A DNA stretch of 63,463 nucleotides, counting the filler, from Octopus bimaculoides (Eukaryota): NCBI RefSeq assembly GCF_001194135.2. It is 3 parts of 3 records of this genome, joined end to end, with 100 filler letters (N's around TTAATTAATTAA, not from the genome) between each part and the next. Parts side by side here need not be neighbours in the genome. Positions count along the whole stretch, not along the records: positions 1 to 30,123 come from NC_068990.1; 2 more parts are not named here. One strand, 5' to 3'. The notes under the pieces were generated by a model. That model was not told the DNA's origin and searched no databases. It saw only the letters and a list, made by a program, of their open reading frames with translations. Shown here piece after piece: positions 1-12,432 of this stretch; position 1 is the stretch's first letter; every line of letters begins with the position of its first letter. The position numbers and the translations under genes are program-made.

Positions 1-25
1 TGTGTGTGTGTGTGTGTGTGTGTGT

Positions 26-227
26 ATCCGCCCTATCACCGTTAGACAGCCGGTTATGGTGTGTTTACATCCCCGAAAACTAGCGGTTCGGCAAAATATA
101 CCAATAAAATAAGTAGTAGGCTTAAGAAATATATTCTGGGGTCGATATTTGATTAAAATCCGTTCAAGGCAGTGCTCCAGCATGGCTGCAGTCAAATGAC
201 TGAAACAAGTAAAACAATAAAAGAATA
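26..227 (+). mobile_element. SINE family A, 3' half
   Basis: Diverged match to 3560-3752 (GGTGTGTTTAC..CCCCG..AAC..AGCGGTTCGGCAAAA...CTGGGGTCGAT...CCAGCATGG..GCAGTCAAATGACTGAAACAAGTAAAA), preceded by (TG)n like the internal microsatellite of the full copy. Confidence 0.85.
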
Positions 228-543
228 TACGTATGCATGCTTCCCTAATGGCTAAACAATAAGAAAGAAACGGAAGAAGCCAGCTTCTAACATAGAAACA
301 AAACCTCCAACACTCGAATTTGAATAACGCCAACGATAAGTATTGTATGTTGAACTTGCATATTTTACTATTCCACTTTTACATTGTATTTATAAAGTAT
401 GAGCTTTCTGGTCTCCTTCTTTGCCTGAGGATCTTAGATTTTCTCGATTGTCACTTAAAGATTTATGTATGCATGTATGTATGCATAGGTCCTTGTGGCA
501 AATAGACGAAAAAGCAATATTTAATTGTTGTTCTTTTTATTGC

Positions 544-568
544 TATTATCATTATTATTATTATTATG

Positions 569-624
<56 letters not shown>
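544..624. repeat. (TAT)n microsatellite
   Basis: Direct reading; source of the poly-Tyr ORF at 421-681. Confidence 0.97.
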
Positions 625-1372
625 GAACGAGATGTCAAAAATGGCGCCCCACAGTCATTACTTCTGGTTTTATGGAAATAATCAATAAGCAAAATAATGG
701 ATGTCTTTGCCTTTCATCGATTGGGAGAAAAAGTTGATTCCTACAGGGTTAGGAAATGTCAGAAATATTATATGCAGAAATTGGATATCAACTAACTTTG
801 GAGAGTTTGAATTATGATGTTTTCTCACTTAATTTCAAAGAAATATCATAAACAATAAACGGAAGAAAACATTCTTGATTAAGCAAGTCAGAAGCAAAAT
901 GAGTGATCATGTCTTATATGACGAATACAATTGAAATGATGATACAAGAGGCTGGGCAGGTTTTCTGAAACGGAAACAAAATGCTTTGCAATATTGAATT
1001 TTGGTGCCATGTTGTTCAAAACACAACAGCAAATCGATTTTATTTCATTCACCTTACGAAAAATGCACACTTTGTCTAGACAGAAACGAAAACAAATAAA
1101 TACCAAGAACAAACTTTTTTTTTCTGGAAAATTATTTCAGAAGTAATTCAGAAATTTAGTAGATCCTTGATTTCTTTTATTTTACCAATTTTTTTTTGTT
1201 GTTGTTATTTTCCTTTCCTTTATTTATTTAATTTTTTTCAGTAGTGCAATTTTATGAATGCCACAAATGTAAGGGCAAAGGTGATTGAATTTAAATATTA
1301 TGGTCTTCTTCTTAAGTCTTTGTCTTCTCTTATAATCATATTTACATCTCGGATGCATTGTAGAAATATAAA

Positions 1373-1504
1373 TCGATAAAGTAGTTATTTTATTGTGCCC
1401 CAGAAGGCAGAAAATCAAAGTTGACCGCTGGAAATTAAACTTAGAAATCAGAACGTATAAATAAATGCCGCAAAGTATTTTGTCCGATGGTTTAATGTTT
1501 CTGC
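1373..1504 (-). mobile_element. Old SINE-like family B copy
   Basis: Reverse strand reads GCAGAAACATTAAACCATCGGACAAAATACTTTGCGGCATTT..ACGTTCTGA..GGTCAACTTTG..GGGGCACAATAAAATAA. Similar diverged copies at about 24790-24930(-), 25590-25830(+) and 27500-27665(-). Confidence 0.55.
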
Positions 1505-1695
1505 AAAAACGTATGAAACAATTGTACTTTTTAAATCTATGCTAAGTTATCATGGAAAAATAGTTATGAAACAGGAAAATTGATTAAAATGAAATAGATT
1601 ATAATTGGTTCTAAATAAAGTCCAAATAAGGAAAATGAAGGACGAAAAATTGACAGCTGTGTTTGTTCAATCTCTTGTGAACCCTAATTGAGAAC

Positions 1696-2410
1696 AAGAT
1701 ATGGCACAATATACGACACAAAAACTCACTAATGGTATGATACAAGATATATACTAAAGATATGACACAGGATATGATAAAATAAGCTCACTTATGATAT
1801 GACACAACAAGCTCACTAAAGGTATGACATAATAAGTTCACTAAACATACGACACAAAATATGACACAGTAAGCTCACTAAAGATATGACACAAAATGTG
1901 ACACAATAAGCTCGCGATATGACAAGATATGACACAATAAGCTCACTAAAGATATAACACAATAAGCTCGTTAACAATATGGCGCAAAAATCTCACTAAA
2001 GATATAGCACAAGTTCATTCATGGTATCACACAAGAAGTTAGGAAAAGATATGACACAAGACGTTCACTTAAGATATGACTCCAGAGGTAACATGAAAAT
2101 ATCACAAAAGATATGACACAAGAACTTCTATAAAGATATGGCACAAGGAGTTCAAGTTATGATACGAGAAGCTGGCCAAAAATATGATAAAATATGCTCG
2201 CTAAAGATATGAGACAAAAAATATTACTTAATCAGATGACACAAGATCTGATACCGGAAGCTCATTAACGATTTGAAGCGAAAAGCTTACTAAAGATATG
2301 ACACAATAAGCTCAAAAAAAAATAAGACACTAGAAGTTCATATACGTTAACACAAGAAGCTAACTAAATGTAACACAAAAGGCTCGTGAAATATAATAAC
2401 ACAAGCTCGT
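1696..2410. repeat. Degenerate minisatellite, ~25-bp unit AAAGATATGACACAATAAGCTCACT with ~12-bp subunits
   Basis: Recurrent AAGATATGACAC and AAGCTCACT motifs throughout. Confidence 0.85.
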
Positions 2411-2444
2411 TATAGAAACCCGTGAAACTTGATCCACTGAAGGA

Positions 2445-2645
2445 GACTGTATGCGGTCGCTCAACCTGTTAGAAATATCCTGCCAAATCTGTTTCGTACA
2501 ACAACCTATTTTTTACAAAAGAAATTACACTGGCTAAAGTAGCCTGAGATGAACTATGCCTTCAAAAGAAACAAATGATCATGATAAAAATGCTTTTGCT
2601 CGTAAGTCTATTCAATCTGGACCGATTTAACGCTGAACAACAACG
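2445..2645 (+). mobile_element. Interspersed repeat family F (..TCAACCTGTTAGAAATA..GCCAAATC..), diverged
   Basis: Similar motifs at 12085-12260, 12295-12385 and 28560-28735. Confidence 0.5.
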
Positions 2646-3325
2646 AATTTATCGGATCGTACTTGCTCGAGTTTTCTTGGCTCGATCATACCACATATGA
2701 TGATCACGTGTAGCTTTAGAAAGACCAGAGGAACCAATACCTATGACCATTTAGAGCTGCACGAACAACAACTTAAACTTCAAAATTCCAGTGAAAATCG
2801 TGTACCAAATTTAATATTTTAGTATAATAAACGAGGGCATCAAATAATGGTGAAACGAATGAATAATAACATATTATGTAATATTAGTGATATAATATCT
2901 CACCAGCATTGAATCTGAAATGGTTAAATGAAATTTGACGAATTCCATCTTCCACTTCAGAATATTCATGCTTAAATAATTCCATTATATTTACTTCTGA
3001 GATGCTGATTTCAGATGAAACATAGACACCCTAAAGTGTGTGGGGAATGTTTGTGTCGTTTGTGTATGTGTTGTACGTGTGTGTGTGTGAAACGGAAAGA
3101 GAATGCTACGTGTGCCATATTAGTGATATTGAAATTGGCAATTATTTCAAAGTTAGCATGTTTCTCAAGAGCTGAGGTGTGGGAAAGCATCAAGTTCCTT
3201 ATGTATTTTATAATGTCCACTTCAGAGTTCTGCCATTGAATAAAGGATGGAGATTTCAAACTATTATTGAATCCGAGCCGCCTTTCTCCGCATATCTATG
3301 TGTGGTGGTGGTATATACATACATA

Positions 3326-3490
3326 GGCGCAGGAGTGGCTGTGTGGTAAGAAGCTTGCTTACCAGCAACATGGTTCCGGGTTCAGTCCCACTGCGTGGCA
3401 CCTTGGGCAAGTGTCTTCTACTATAGCCTCGAGCCGACCAAAGCCTTGTGAGTGGATTTGGTAGACGGAAACTGAAAGAAGCCCGTCGTA

Positions 3491-3533
<43 letters not shown>

Positions 3534-3752
3534 ATATGTTTGTGTGTCTGTGTTTGTCCCCTCAAACTTCGCTTGACAACCGATGCTGGTGTGTTTACGT
3601 CCCCGTAACTTAGCGGTTCGGCAAAAAGAGACCGATAGAATAAGTACTAGGCTCACAAAGAATAAGTTCTGGGGTCGATTTGCTTGACTAAAGGCGGTGC
3701 CCCAGCATGGCCGCAGTCAAATGACTGAAACAAGTAAAAGAGTAAAGAGTAT
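3326..3752 (+). mobile_element. Full-length tRNA-derived SINE, family A
   Basis: Pol III A-box-like TGGCTGTGTGG (3336-3346), B-box-like GGTTCAGTCCC (3379-3389), internal (TA)n/(TG)n, 3' tail ending GTAAAAGAGTAAAGAGTA. Other copies at 26, 9261, 40138, 60583 and 63278. Confidence 0.92.
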
Positions 3753-3791
3753 ATAGTATGTGAGTGTGTGTGTGTGTGCGTGCGTGCGTGT

Positions 3792-3917
3792 GTGAAATGG
3801 AGCAGCGTGAAATAAAGTGCCATGCTCAAGAACACAACACACGGCCCGGTCCGGGATCGAAATCACTACCTCATGATTGTGATCCCGACGCTCTAACCAC
3901 TGAGCCTTGAGCCTTCA
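3792..3917 (-). mobile_element. tRNA-derived SINE head, family D
   Basis: Reverse strand GGCTCAGTGGTTAGAGCGTCGGGATCACAATCATGAGGTAGTGATTTCGATCCCGG (A/B-box-like) runs into non-tRNA body TGTGTTGTGTTCTTGAGCATGGCACTTTATTTCACG. Confidence 0.75.
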
Positions 3918-5314
3918 AAAATTATTGTATGGACATTTATAATTGACTATATATTTTTCGTAAAGTATTGGGGTTTCAAATGGGCAACTTGACTTATGCG
4001 AGTTCAATGAAAAGCAGAAATAATAGACGAGGTATGTTTCAAAAGACAGTACCTGATTTGACTATGAATTTATCAAGGAAAGGACAGGGGAGAAGGAGAC
4101 ATATCTCTAGGGTTTCTTTAAAAAAAACAGCTGCTCGAGCCAGAGCAGGGTACTTGGAAGCATGTGTTTGGTTTTTATGACGAAGAATCAAGCGAGATGA
4201 CTGGCAGAATTGCTGTTCCACATACCTGTGTTACATCATCGTCGACGTCTTGCGTTTTCATAGGCTCTTAGATCGGGTTGTCCTTCCTTCTCTGTTAGAT
4301 TCTCTTCTTCCATTACTACAGTTTTCCTCTTCCCTTCGGCTTCCCTTGCGCCCTTATTTTCACAAGAGGAAGAGTGATTTTATTGGCGGGTAGAAAAGAA
4401 GGTTTCGTCAGCTTATTTATTACCAATTCCTTCATTTAACTTACGTCGAGCAGCACATTTTGACCCATAACGATAGTAGATGAGGAAATGTTGTTGGTGC
4501 TAGTGTAACCAGTACAACCGGTTCGTAGTAGTGCTCTTTCCATTCAAATTGTTATTTCCAACACTATTCATTTTGTGACTTCCATCTTACAAGTCACTGA
4601 AGTACTGTCTGTCCGGTTGATTGAATTTTTTCACTGTTACATTTTTAATTGTTTCTTCGACTTAAAAGTATTCGAAGGTTTGTTTATTTATTTACAAAAT
4701 TTACTGCTACCATCACTATGGCATGTACCTATTCTTGTTACTTCTGAAGTCATTTTTGAACCACGAATAACAATACAAATAGTCATTTGATAAAATTATA
4801 TAATCAGAAAATGTCAAAAGTCGAACTTTTTTCCTTCTGCCCCAGGTAATGTGGTGGCTCCCAAACAAGTCTTCTATCAGCAAAACTGAAACAGAAATAT
4901 TTTTCTATAAGGTAATTCGGTTTAAAAATTACTTTTTCGTGGAGCTCTAACATAGATGCTATACTCACCTGCGTGTCTGATTGTTCACTTTGCGTGAGTG
5001 TCAGTTCTAGTATTTCAGAAATTCCTGAAATTAGGAACTTTAAATCGATTTTTTTTTTTCATTTTTGTCACGGAATTACTTTGATTTCTGTTTAGAATGT
5101 TGCTTTGATTGAGCACACAGCCCAAGTCTATTGAATATGCCACAAACTGGGTGAGCTATGAGGTATACAAAAGGAGAAATTTCAGGAAAATAACAACGGA
5201 ATGCAATAAAAATATGTTGACGTACGTATATTTATATCAACATGATTTTATTCAAATATTGGTTACTAAGCTACTTACTTGTGTAAATTTAATCAAATAG
5301 GTGTATATATAGAT

Positions 5315-5538
5315 ACGTTTATCAATTTGTGCTGCAAGATTCCTGATGTGAAATCGTGTGTTGAAACAGACATTGTTGTATTTCGGGATGGTCATTTTTT
5401 TTCTGTTTTTTGCCAAATAAACACAAGCACTATGTATTTGTTTTTCAATCGTTTATTACTATTCTTCTAGAAGAGCAGAATGGAGTAAGAGAAGCAAGGG
5501 CGTGCACGAAAACGAAAAGTTTCGCTGAAGAGGTCACA
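5315..5538 (+). mobile_element. Partial copy of long-TIR (MITE-like) element
   Basis: Matches the reverse complement of about 59305-59520 (GCAAGATTC.TGATGTGAA.TCGT.TGTTGAA.CAGA.ATTGTTGT.TTTC.GGATGGTCA...GCCAAATAAACAC). Confidence 0.75.
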
Positions 5539-5559
5539 GCAAGGTTAGTTACCAGGGGG

Positions 5560-6556
5560 TAGTGCAATCCCAGAGTTAGAATCGGTGCGTGACTGAGAAT
5601 CCACATTAGTGAGGCAACATTCCACGTGCTTATTGCCAGGATGTCAACACTGTGCAGGCGAGTTGCTGAATGGATCCTTAGATCATTCAGAACCAGAAAT
5701 GACAATACTTTGCTACTTCTATGGAGGACATCTATCCTCAGTCGTCAAGATTACTGCTCACAACTGTGAGCGCCGCAGAGCGTCAGAATGGTGGCGGAAC
5801 TTGAGGCAATCCAGCGCCACTACACAAAGAGGATTGACTCGGTGAAACAGATGTCCAGCGCCGATACACGGAGAAGATTGCCTCTGTGAAACAGATGATC
5901 CAGCGCCACTACACAAAGAAGATTGACTCGGTGAAACAGATGATCCAGCGCCACTACAAAGAGAAGATTGACTCGGTGAAACATGATCCAGCACAACTAC
6001 ACAAAAAATATTGCCTCGGGGAAATAAATGAGTCACTGCCACTACACAAAGAAGATTGACTCGGTGAAACAGATGGGTTACTGGGAGAAGTCAGAACTAA
6101 AGCTCTACTCCCTGGAGAGAAGGCGTGAAAGGTATGCAATAATATACTTATGGAAGATCCTAAAAGGTCTAGTTTCCAACTTTGGAATTAAAAGCTATAC
6201 CAACCACCGAAGTGGACCGCACTGCATGATACCAAAAATACCGTCTTCTTCATCTCATTTAAGGACCCAGTATTGAAACAGTTTGAGTTTCAAGGAACCA
6301 CAACTGTTTGACATCCTGCCAAGGAACTTAAGGAATCTGCAAGGTGCAGATGTGGAAACGTTTAAAAAGCACTTGGACAAGTTTCTGTCAGAAATCCCAG
6401 GCGAGCCCACATCGCAGGAGGCGCAAAGAAGAGCAGCTTCGTCCAACTCGCTTCTTCACCAAAAACAGTACCGAAAGAAAACCCGAAAACACCGAAAGGC
6501 GGTGCTCCAGCATGATGCCAGCCTCTGGCTGAAACCAGTAAAAGAATAAAACAATA
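5560..6556 (+). mobile_element. CR1/L2-group (Jockey superfamily) LINE, 3' fragment: ORF2 C-terminus plus 3' tail, pseudogenised
   Basis: Translations WILRSFRTRNDNTLLLLWRTSILSRQDYCSQL*AP..ELEAIQRHYTKRI, LKLYSLERRRERYAIIYLWKILKGLV and FKKHLDKFLSEIPGEP..RRAASSNSLLHQ are typical post-RT motifs; stops and frameshifts present. Confidence 0.85.
5809..6075 (+). repeat. Six tandem copies of a 45-bp unit inside LINE ORF2 (IQRHYTKKIDSVKQM)
   Basis: Unit ATCCAGCGCCACTACACAAAGAAGATTGACTCGGTGAAACAGATG; unit lengths 45,44,45,43,45,45. Confidence 0.93.
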
Positions 6557-7477
6557 TACATATATATTGGTTACTCTTATTGTTTAGCACCAGCTCACTA
6601 TACATCGAGGAAGCCAATAACTTTGACAGTTATTTCTATCAGGCTAAACAATCATCTAGAATCGTTTACTGATATGTGCGTCTAAAGCATTTATAGTTTT
6701 GTGTGCACTAATTACAACTGACTGCTTCTAAATTTACTTGAAGCTATCAGTATTATTTTATTTGTCCAGGACATCCGCTTAAAGGAAATGGTATTTTGCT
6801 TCTTTTTTTTTTACTTAAGTCTCTGTCGTTAATATTTCGGTTCTCTAATGTCGATTTCTAACATTGGCACAACGCCAAAATTTGGGTGTAGTCGGCTAGA
6901 CAGACTCAATTTTTCTCTGTTAGTTTGTTTTTTGTTTTGTTTTGTTTTGGTTTTTTTTTTTTGGGGGGGGGGGGTTGCCATCGGAATGATATAATGTAAT
7001 GTTGACTGAGTGAAAATTTCAATTCATAACTAAACACTACAAGACATTTTTCCGACGTTCTCGCAAATCTGTCAATCCACCGACATTCACTTAATCTTTC
7101 ACACTTTCTGGGAATGAGAAAAGCATAGTTATGAGTGATAGTTTATACGGTATTACAATTATACGAATGGCAACGAAAGGTATCTGACGAACCGAGGTCA
7201 CTGACTTATTTACCAAAGTTAATTGGTTAAATGGTTAATTAGTTGACTGATAACAGTAAAAGGATTAACATAGAACGAGTGCTTGTCTTATCTCATCGTA
7301 CTACACTAATCAAAAGGTCGCACTGTAGTCGCTTGCTATCTTTAAATAGCTTTGATCAGCTTATATACAATGCTACCGTAATTGGCATAATTACCCTCCT
7401 AGGGTACAACAAAGATTTGCATTTATTTTCACTCTTTATGCACGAATAAAATACGATGTGCATGTGCGCATCTGTGA

Positions 7478-7575
7478 GGATATATATGTGTGTGTGTGTG
7501 AGCGTATGCATGCACGTGTGTGTATGTGTGTGTGTGTGTGCGTGTGTGTGTATGTGTGTGTGTGTGTTTGAGTGA
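7478..7575. repeat. (TG)n compound microsatellite
   Basis: Direct reading. Confidence 0.95.
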
Positions 7576-7589
7576 GTGTATTCTGTAGT

Positions 7590-8700
7590 TTATTAAAACA
7601 AAAGCAGGGGTTGAACAATTACATCATTTTTCGACGTAGTGTCGAAACAAAATCTATTTATGCACCGCCCCCTGCGCTTCTTCGTCCATAGCAAATCGTC
7701 GACCTCGTAAGGGATGTCTGAGCAGTCCAAAGAAGTGATAGCCAGAACGGTAGAGATCTGAACTGTATCCAACGAGTTCCAACAACTCGATAGCCAACTG
7801 TTCAATACTTTCAACGGTGCGAGCGACCGTATGTGGGTGTATATTTTCGTGCAATAACACTCGTTTTCACAATACACCTCGGCGTTTGGTACGAATTGCT
7901 GGTTTCAGTTTGTTGACCAGCATTTCACTGTAGCCTACACAGATGATTGTAAACCTTTCTAGGTATGTTCAAGAATAGACCCTTTCGTGTCCCAAAAATC
8001 GGCCAGCATCACTTATTCTGCGGTTTGTTGAGCTTTGATGTTTCTGGATGTTTCCTTTCCATATTCTACCTGTTGGATTCTGGCTCAAAGTAATGGACCC
8101 ATATCTCATTTCCTATGACTATTTTCTCTAAAACAGCTTCGCCTTAATCGTTGTAGCGGTCGAGTAAGCGTTGACAGATCTCCACACGTTTGCACCCATG
8201 CGCTTCGATAAACTCTTGGCGGCCATTTCACACAGAATTGACGAGCGAAGCTTCTCGTTGGTAATTTTGGATGTAGAACCATGACTAATTTGCAGAGAAC
8301 ATGCCACCTCATCTTTGGTCAGTCGTTGATTCGCCAGAACTATCTTTCGAGCTTGTTGAGTTTTCACGTGAATGATAAGGGTTGATGCACGTCCTGCTCC
8401 CTCTTTGTGTTTCACGCTTGTTCGGACATTTTTGAAATCCTCGATCCACTCATAAACACTTTTACGCCGTAGACTGCTGTACCAGTATTGTACTGAAAGC
8501 CTGAGAATAATTTCAGCCCCTGACACATCTTCAGACCAGAGAAATCGGATCACAGGTCCCTGTTTTACATTGGAGTACGCTGCTGACGGAGCGTCCATGT
8601 TTTCTCCATAACACAAGAAAGAAACTGGAGCGACCAAGGTCATCTCGGTTACATAATTACAAGAGTACCACCTTTTAGAATGCAAGCGCTGATAAGTAGC
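7590..8700 (-). mobile_element. Mariner transposon, near full-length, degraded transposase
   Basis: N-terminus from ATG at 8598: MDAP..VIRFLWSEDVSGAEIILRLSVQY..SVYEWIEDFKNVRTSVKHKEGAGRAST. C-terminus LLHENIHPHT..YSSDLYRSGYHFFGLLRHPLRGRRF (YSPDLAPSD-like). TIRs not resolved. Confidence 0.88.
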
Positions 8701-8763
8701 TATATGCACAGACAAACAGACATAGACACACACAGACACACACAGACACACACAGACACACAC

Positions 8764-8845
<82 letters not shown>
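8764..8845. repeat. (GATA)n microsatellite preceded by (CACACAGACA)n
   Basis: Direct reading. Confidence 0.97.
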
Positions 8846-8846
<1 letters not shown>

Positions 8847-8976
8847 TCGGAAACATGCAATGGCTCCATAACTACCGTCTCGGTTATAACCTTGGTGTCT
8901 CAGTAATCCGTTACAGCACTTACCTAGCGTACCTAATCGTTTAGATCACCTGTGAACTAAACCCCCATACCTTGTC

Positions 8977-9051
<75 letters not shown>

Positions 9052-9064
9052 TGATTGATTGATA
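8977..9064. repeat. (GATA)n/(GATT)n microsatellite
   Basis: Direct reading. Confidence 0.97.
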
Positions 9065-9260
9065 TACATGCTGACATGCTGGATGATCATGAATACAAAA
9101 TACTCGGGTACTAAAAAGAGAATCTATAAGACCAAGAGTACAAATATAGCTTTAAATGAATATCTTTGATCAAAATCAATGGTAAAAATCGACTGACTGT
9201 TACGTAATTATTAAAGCAGAAGTTACACGATATAAATAGTATATATCTAGATAGACACAG

Positions 9261-9407
9261 ACGTAGCTGTGTAGTAAAACGTTTGCTGCCCAGCCAGATG
9301 ATTCCGGGTTCAGTGCCACTGCGTAGCCACACCTGGATTAGTGTCTTTCCCTATAACCCCGGGCTCGCCAAATCCTTGTGAATGGATCTGATAGGCGGCA
9401 ACTGAAG
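9261..9407 (+). mobile_element. Degraded SINE family A 5' part
   Basis: GTAGCTGTGTAGTAA..GATTCCGGGTTCAGTGCCACTGCGT..AGTGTCTT..CCAAATCCTTGTGAATGGAT..AACTGAAG aligns to 3335-3480. Confidence 0.8.
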
Positions 9408-9541
9408 TTTCCTTCCCAAAATTCTTTAATACTTTGTAAGAAAACAGTGGATAGAGAAAAACTCCACAACTCTTTGAATCCTTGCAGATATTAGATTAAA
9501 CATCTGAAGCAAGTTTGTAACATGCGCGTACACGCACACAG

Positions 9542-9599
<58 letters not shown>

Positions 9600-9947
9600 N
9601 NNNNNNNNNNNNNNNNNNNNNNNNNNNNNNNNNNNNNNNNNNNNNNNNNNNNNNNNNNNNNNNNNNNNNNNNNNNNNNNNNNNNNNNNNNNNNNNNNNNN
9701 NNNNNNNNNNNNNNNNNNNNNNNNNNNNNNNNNNNNNNNNNNNNNNNNNNNNNNNNNNNNNNNNNATAAGACAAAGAAAGACTTTAAAACAGCCTTAATG
9801 ATCAGTTACAATTGTACCTGTACTAAATTTGCTTTCAAAGCCAGCGCAGGCGAAAAGTCCCAAGTGAAAATTTACATAATATTTGCAGTTTCGAACACTA
9901 GAGTGGAGTGGCACTTCAGCGTAGATAACCTAAAACTCGGGTTAAGA

Positions 9948-10160
9948 GTGGTGCGGAACTTACAGCACTTGCACCCTGACTATGAATTTTCATTTGTACC
10001 TATCATCATAAATGCATTAGGTTATGTACCAACAAATTTGTACGAAGACCTAGAAACACTTCGCTTCACGGAAAAGGGGCAAAAGAAACTGATGCGGATT
10101 TTCCAAATCCAATCTATTAGTGGCACGGTAAAGATTTGTAAGACATTCCAGACATTCTCA
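9948..10160 (+). mobile_element. 3' end of a restriction-like-endonuclease (R4/Dong-like) non-LTR retrotransposon ORF
   Basis: VRNLQHLHPDYEFSFVPIIINALGYVPTNL..LGF-like..LMRIFQIQSISGTVKICKTF resembles the RLE C-terminal P(I/V)(I/V)IGALG motif. Confidence 0.65.
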
Positions 10161-11413
10161 TGTGAGATTCTATGTGAATAGATGCACACATTTGGGCGTA
10201 TGCATCGACAGTTGAACAAACACATCAATTCAACCACATGTTTACAAATACCGGGTACTCTCTTACCTCAAAAACTTTTGTTGATTTGTTAGCAACCGGC
10301 TTGAACTCTTTCAAGAACTTAAATTAAACTCAAAGGAAACTCATACATACATATGTGCATGTATGTATGTATGTATGTAGTATTCTTTCGCCGGTGTTTA
10401 TTGGTGGGAAACAAAACCATCGGTGATAAATCTGTGCTTTCACGCAAAAGAAAACAATTGTGGCATTTGTTCTGCTTGAGCTACACTGGCGTTCTCGTCT
10501 TACTCTTAAATGCAGTGGAACTATTGACTGAACCGTTAGGAACCGGTAACCAAAACAACTATTTTTCAGAAAATACGAAATTTTAAAAGATTAATATCAT
10601 ATAGGTTTTAAGCATATATTTCCATATAATTAATTTCTTTTACGTTGTTGAACCTAAAATTTATGAATTCATGTACTCTGTGGTGTGATATGTGATTTCT
10701 CTCGCAACTCACGTCACACTAATATGCTCCGCTGTTTTTTGTTTTTTTTTTCTTTCCATTTCTAAACGTACATATGATTGTATACGTATGTGTGTGTGGT
10801 GCATGCTTGTGTGCATGTATGTGTGTATGAGTGTGTTGAAAAGTCATGTGTGTTGTACTTCTAAATGCCCAGCACTAATTTGCCCTTCAGTAATTTATGG
10901 ACATTCAACACGCAATATGCAAATTGTTTCTATCATGAACATGGTTGAACGACATTGTAACTTTATAACTAAATTTACTAAAGTTACATCCCTGAAGCAA
11001 CATTCAGTCATAATTTATTTTTCTTGCTTTCCACAGACTTTTTAGTTATTTAATTTATTTATATCAGTTACGAAGCGGATGTTGAGTAAATAATTTATTT
11101 TTCTAACACAAAAATTTAATTCTCGACATTTTGAACAATAATTCTAAATAAAATAAGATTAAATTCTTATTGAATACATTTTGTTTAATATTATTATTTC
11201 CTCCTCTTTTCCTCTCATTTTTATTGCATTTCCCATACTATTACCGAAATTGATGTTTTGTCATGGGAACTTGTGGGAAGATCAGCAAAAAGTGTATTAT
11301 ATTTAAATCAAATAAATATAAGGTTTACAAGATAGCTTAGCAAATCTCAAGGGAAATATAAAATATAACACAATGCATGCAAAACTTCAATGCACAAAGC
11401 TTTCCTAATCATT

Positions 11414-11578
11414 TGTGTGTGCGTGTGTGTGTCTGTGTGTCTGTGTGCGTATGTGTTTACGTGTGTGCATACGTGTGTATGTGTGTGCGTGTGTGCTTGT
11501 GCGTGTGCGTGTGTGTGTCTGTGTGCGTATGTGTTTATGTGCGTGCGTGTGTGTGCGTGTGTGTGTGCGTGTATGTAA
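11414..11578. repeat. Compound (TG)n/(TGCG)n microsatellite
   Basis: Direct reading. Confidence 0.95.
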
Positions 11579-12392
11579 GACAATAAAATCATTCGTATTA
11601 AATGTCGCGGAAAGTCACATGATTTGGAGGGGGTGGGGAAATAAGCAATTATATTAAGCCTAGTACTTGCCTAGTATTTATTCATCTACCTGAGAAGAAC
11701 TGGAACTTCTCAGGTGGTAATTAATATCGTAATGTAAAGTGACGTAACTACGTACGGCTAGGTATTTTGCACGATACTTCTACTGGTCCTTCTATCAACT
11801 GCCCTATATTTACATTAGCATCATTAAATTTCTAATATGCGGATGCTAATGTAAGCATATCTATAAATATGTAACCGAGACTCTACCGTTTCTTCCTCTC
11901 ACTACCTATCACACTCTCCCTATGTAAATTATTCCTCACACCGCCCCTTACATCATTCACCTTTGTGAAGAAAGGCAATGGAATGCCTAAAGAAAGGAAA
12001 AGAGAGAGAGAAACGGGATCGGGGTTCTTTTATTCTATATCATCACCTACTCAGCTCGATATTGAACAAAGGCACTTCTATATAGGCGCTCGATATGCTA
12101 GAACTTGTAGCTAAATCTCCATCAAGGTCACATCCTACCTTCATAAATAAAGAATATATTAGACAATGCGGTTCCTGAAATACAAAAGGATTGGCTAGTG
12201 ATATCTGGAACACATTTCATCATAGATCAGTTTGAACGGAGCTGATTTGGGACTAAAATATTAAGTATAACTTCGAGCCAACGAGAGAAGGCCTCCCCAT
12301 GGTCCCTCAATATGCTAGAAATAGTGGCTAAATTCTCCTCAAATTACAATCTACCGTCTTAAATTATGAAAGGACACATTGAACAATATACG

Positions 12393-12432
<40 letters not shown>

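Noticed and set aside
720-1100. Protein-like frames with scattered stops
   Set aside because: No motif I could assign; AT-rich chance frames are equally likely.
1696-2410. CRISPR-like regular repeats (also the 45-bp array at 5809)
   Set aside because: Tandem degenerate units without unique spacers, in eukaryotic context.
3840-3917. tRNA-like sequences (also 3326-3390 and 31735-31808)
   Set aside because: No complete cloverleaf or acceptor stem; each continues into a SINE body, so they are called SINE heads.
3985-4260. Minus-strand frame weakly resembling a LINE ORF1 start
   Set aside because: Multiple stops and only vague similarity.
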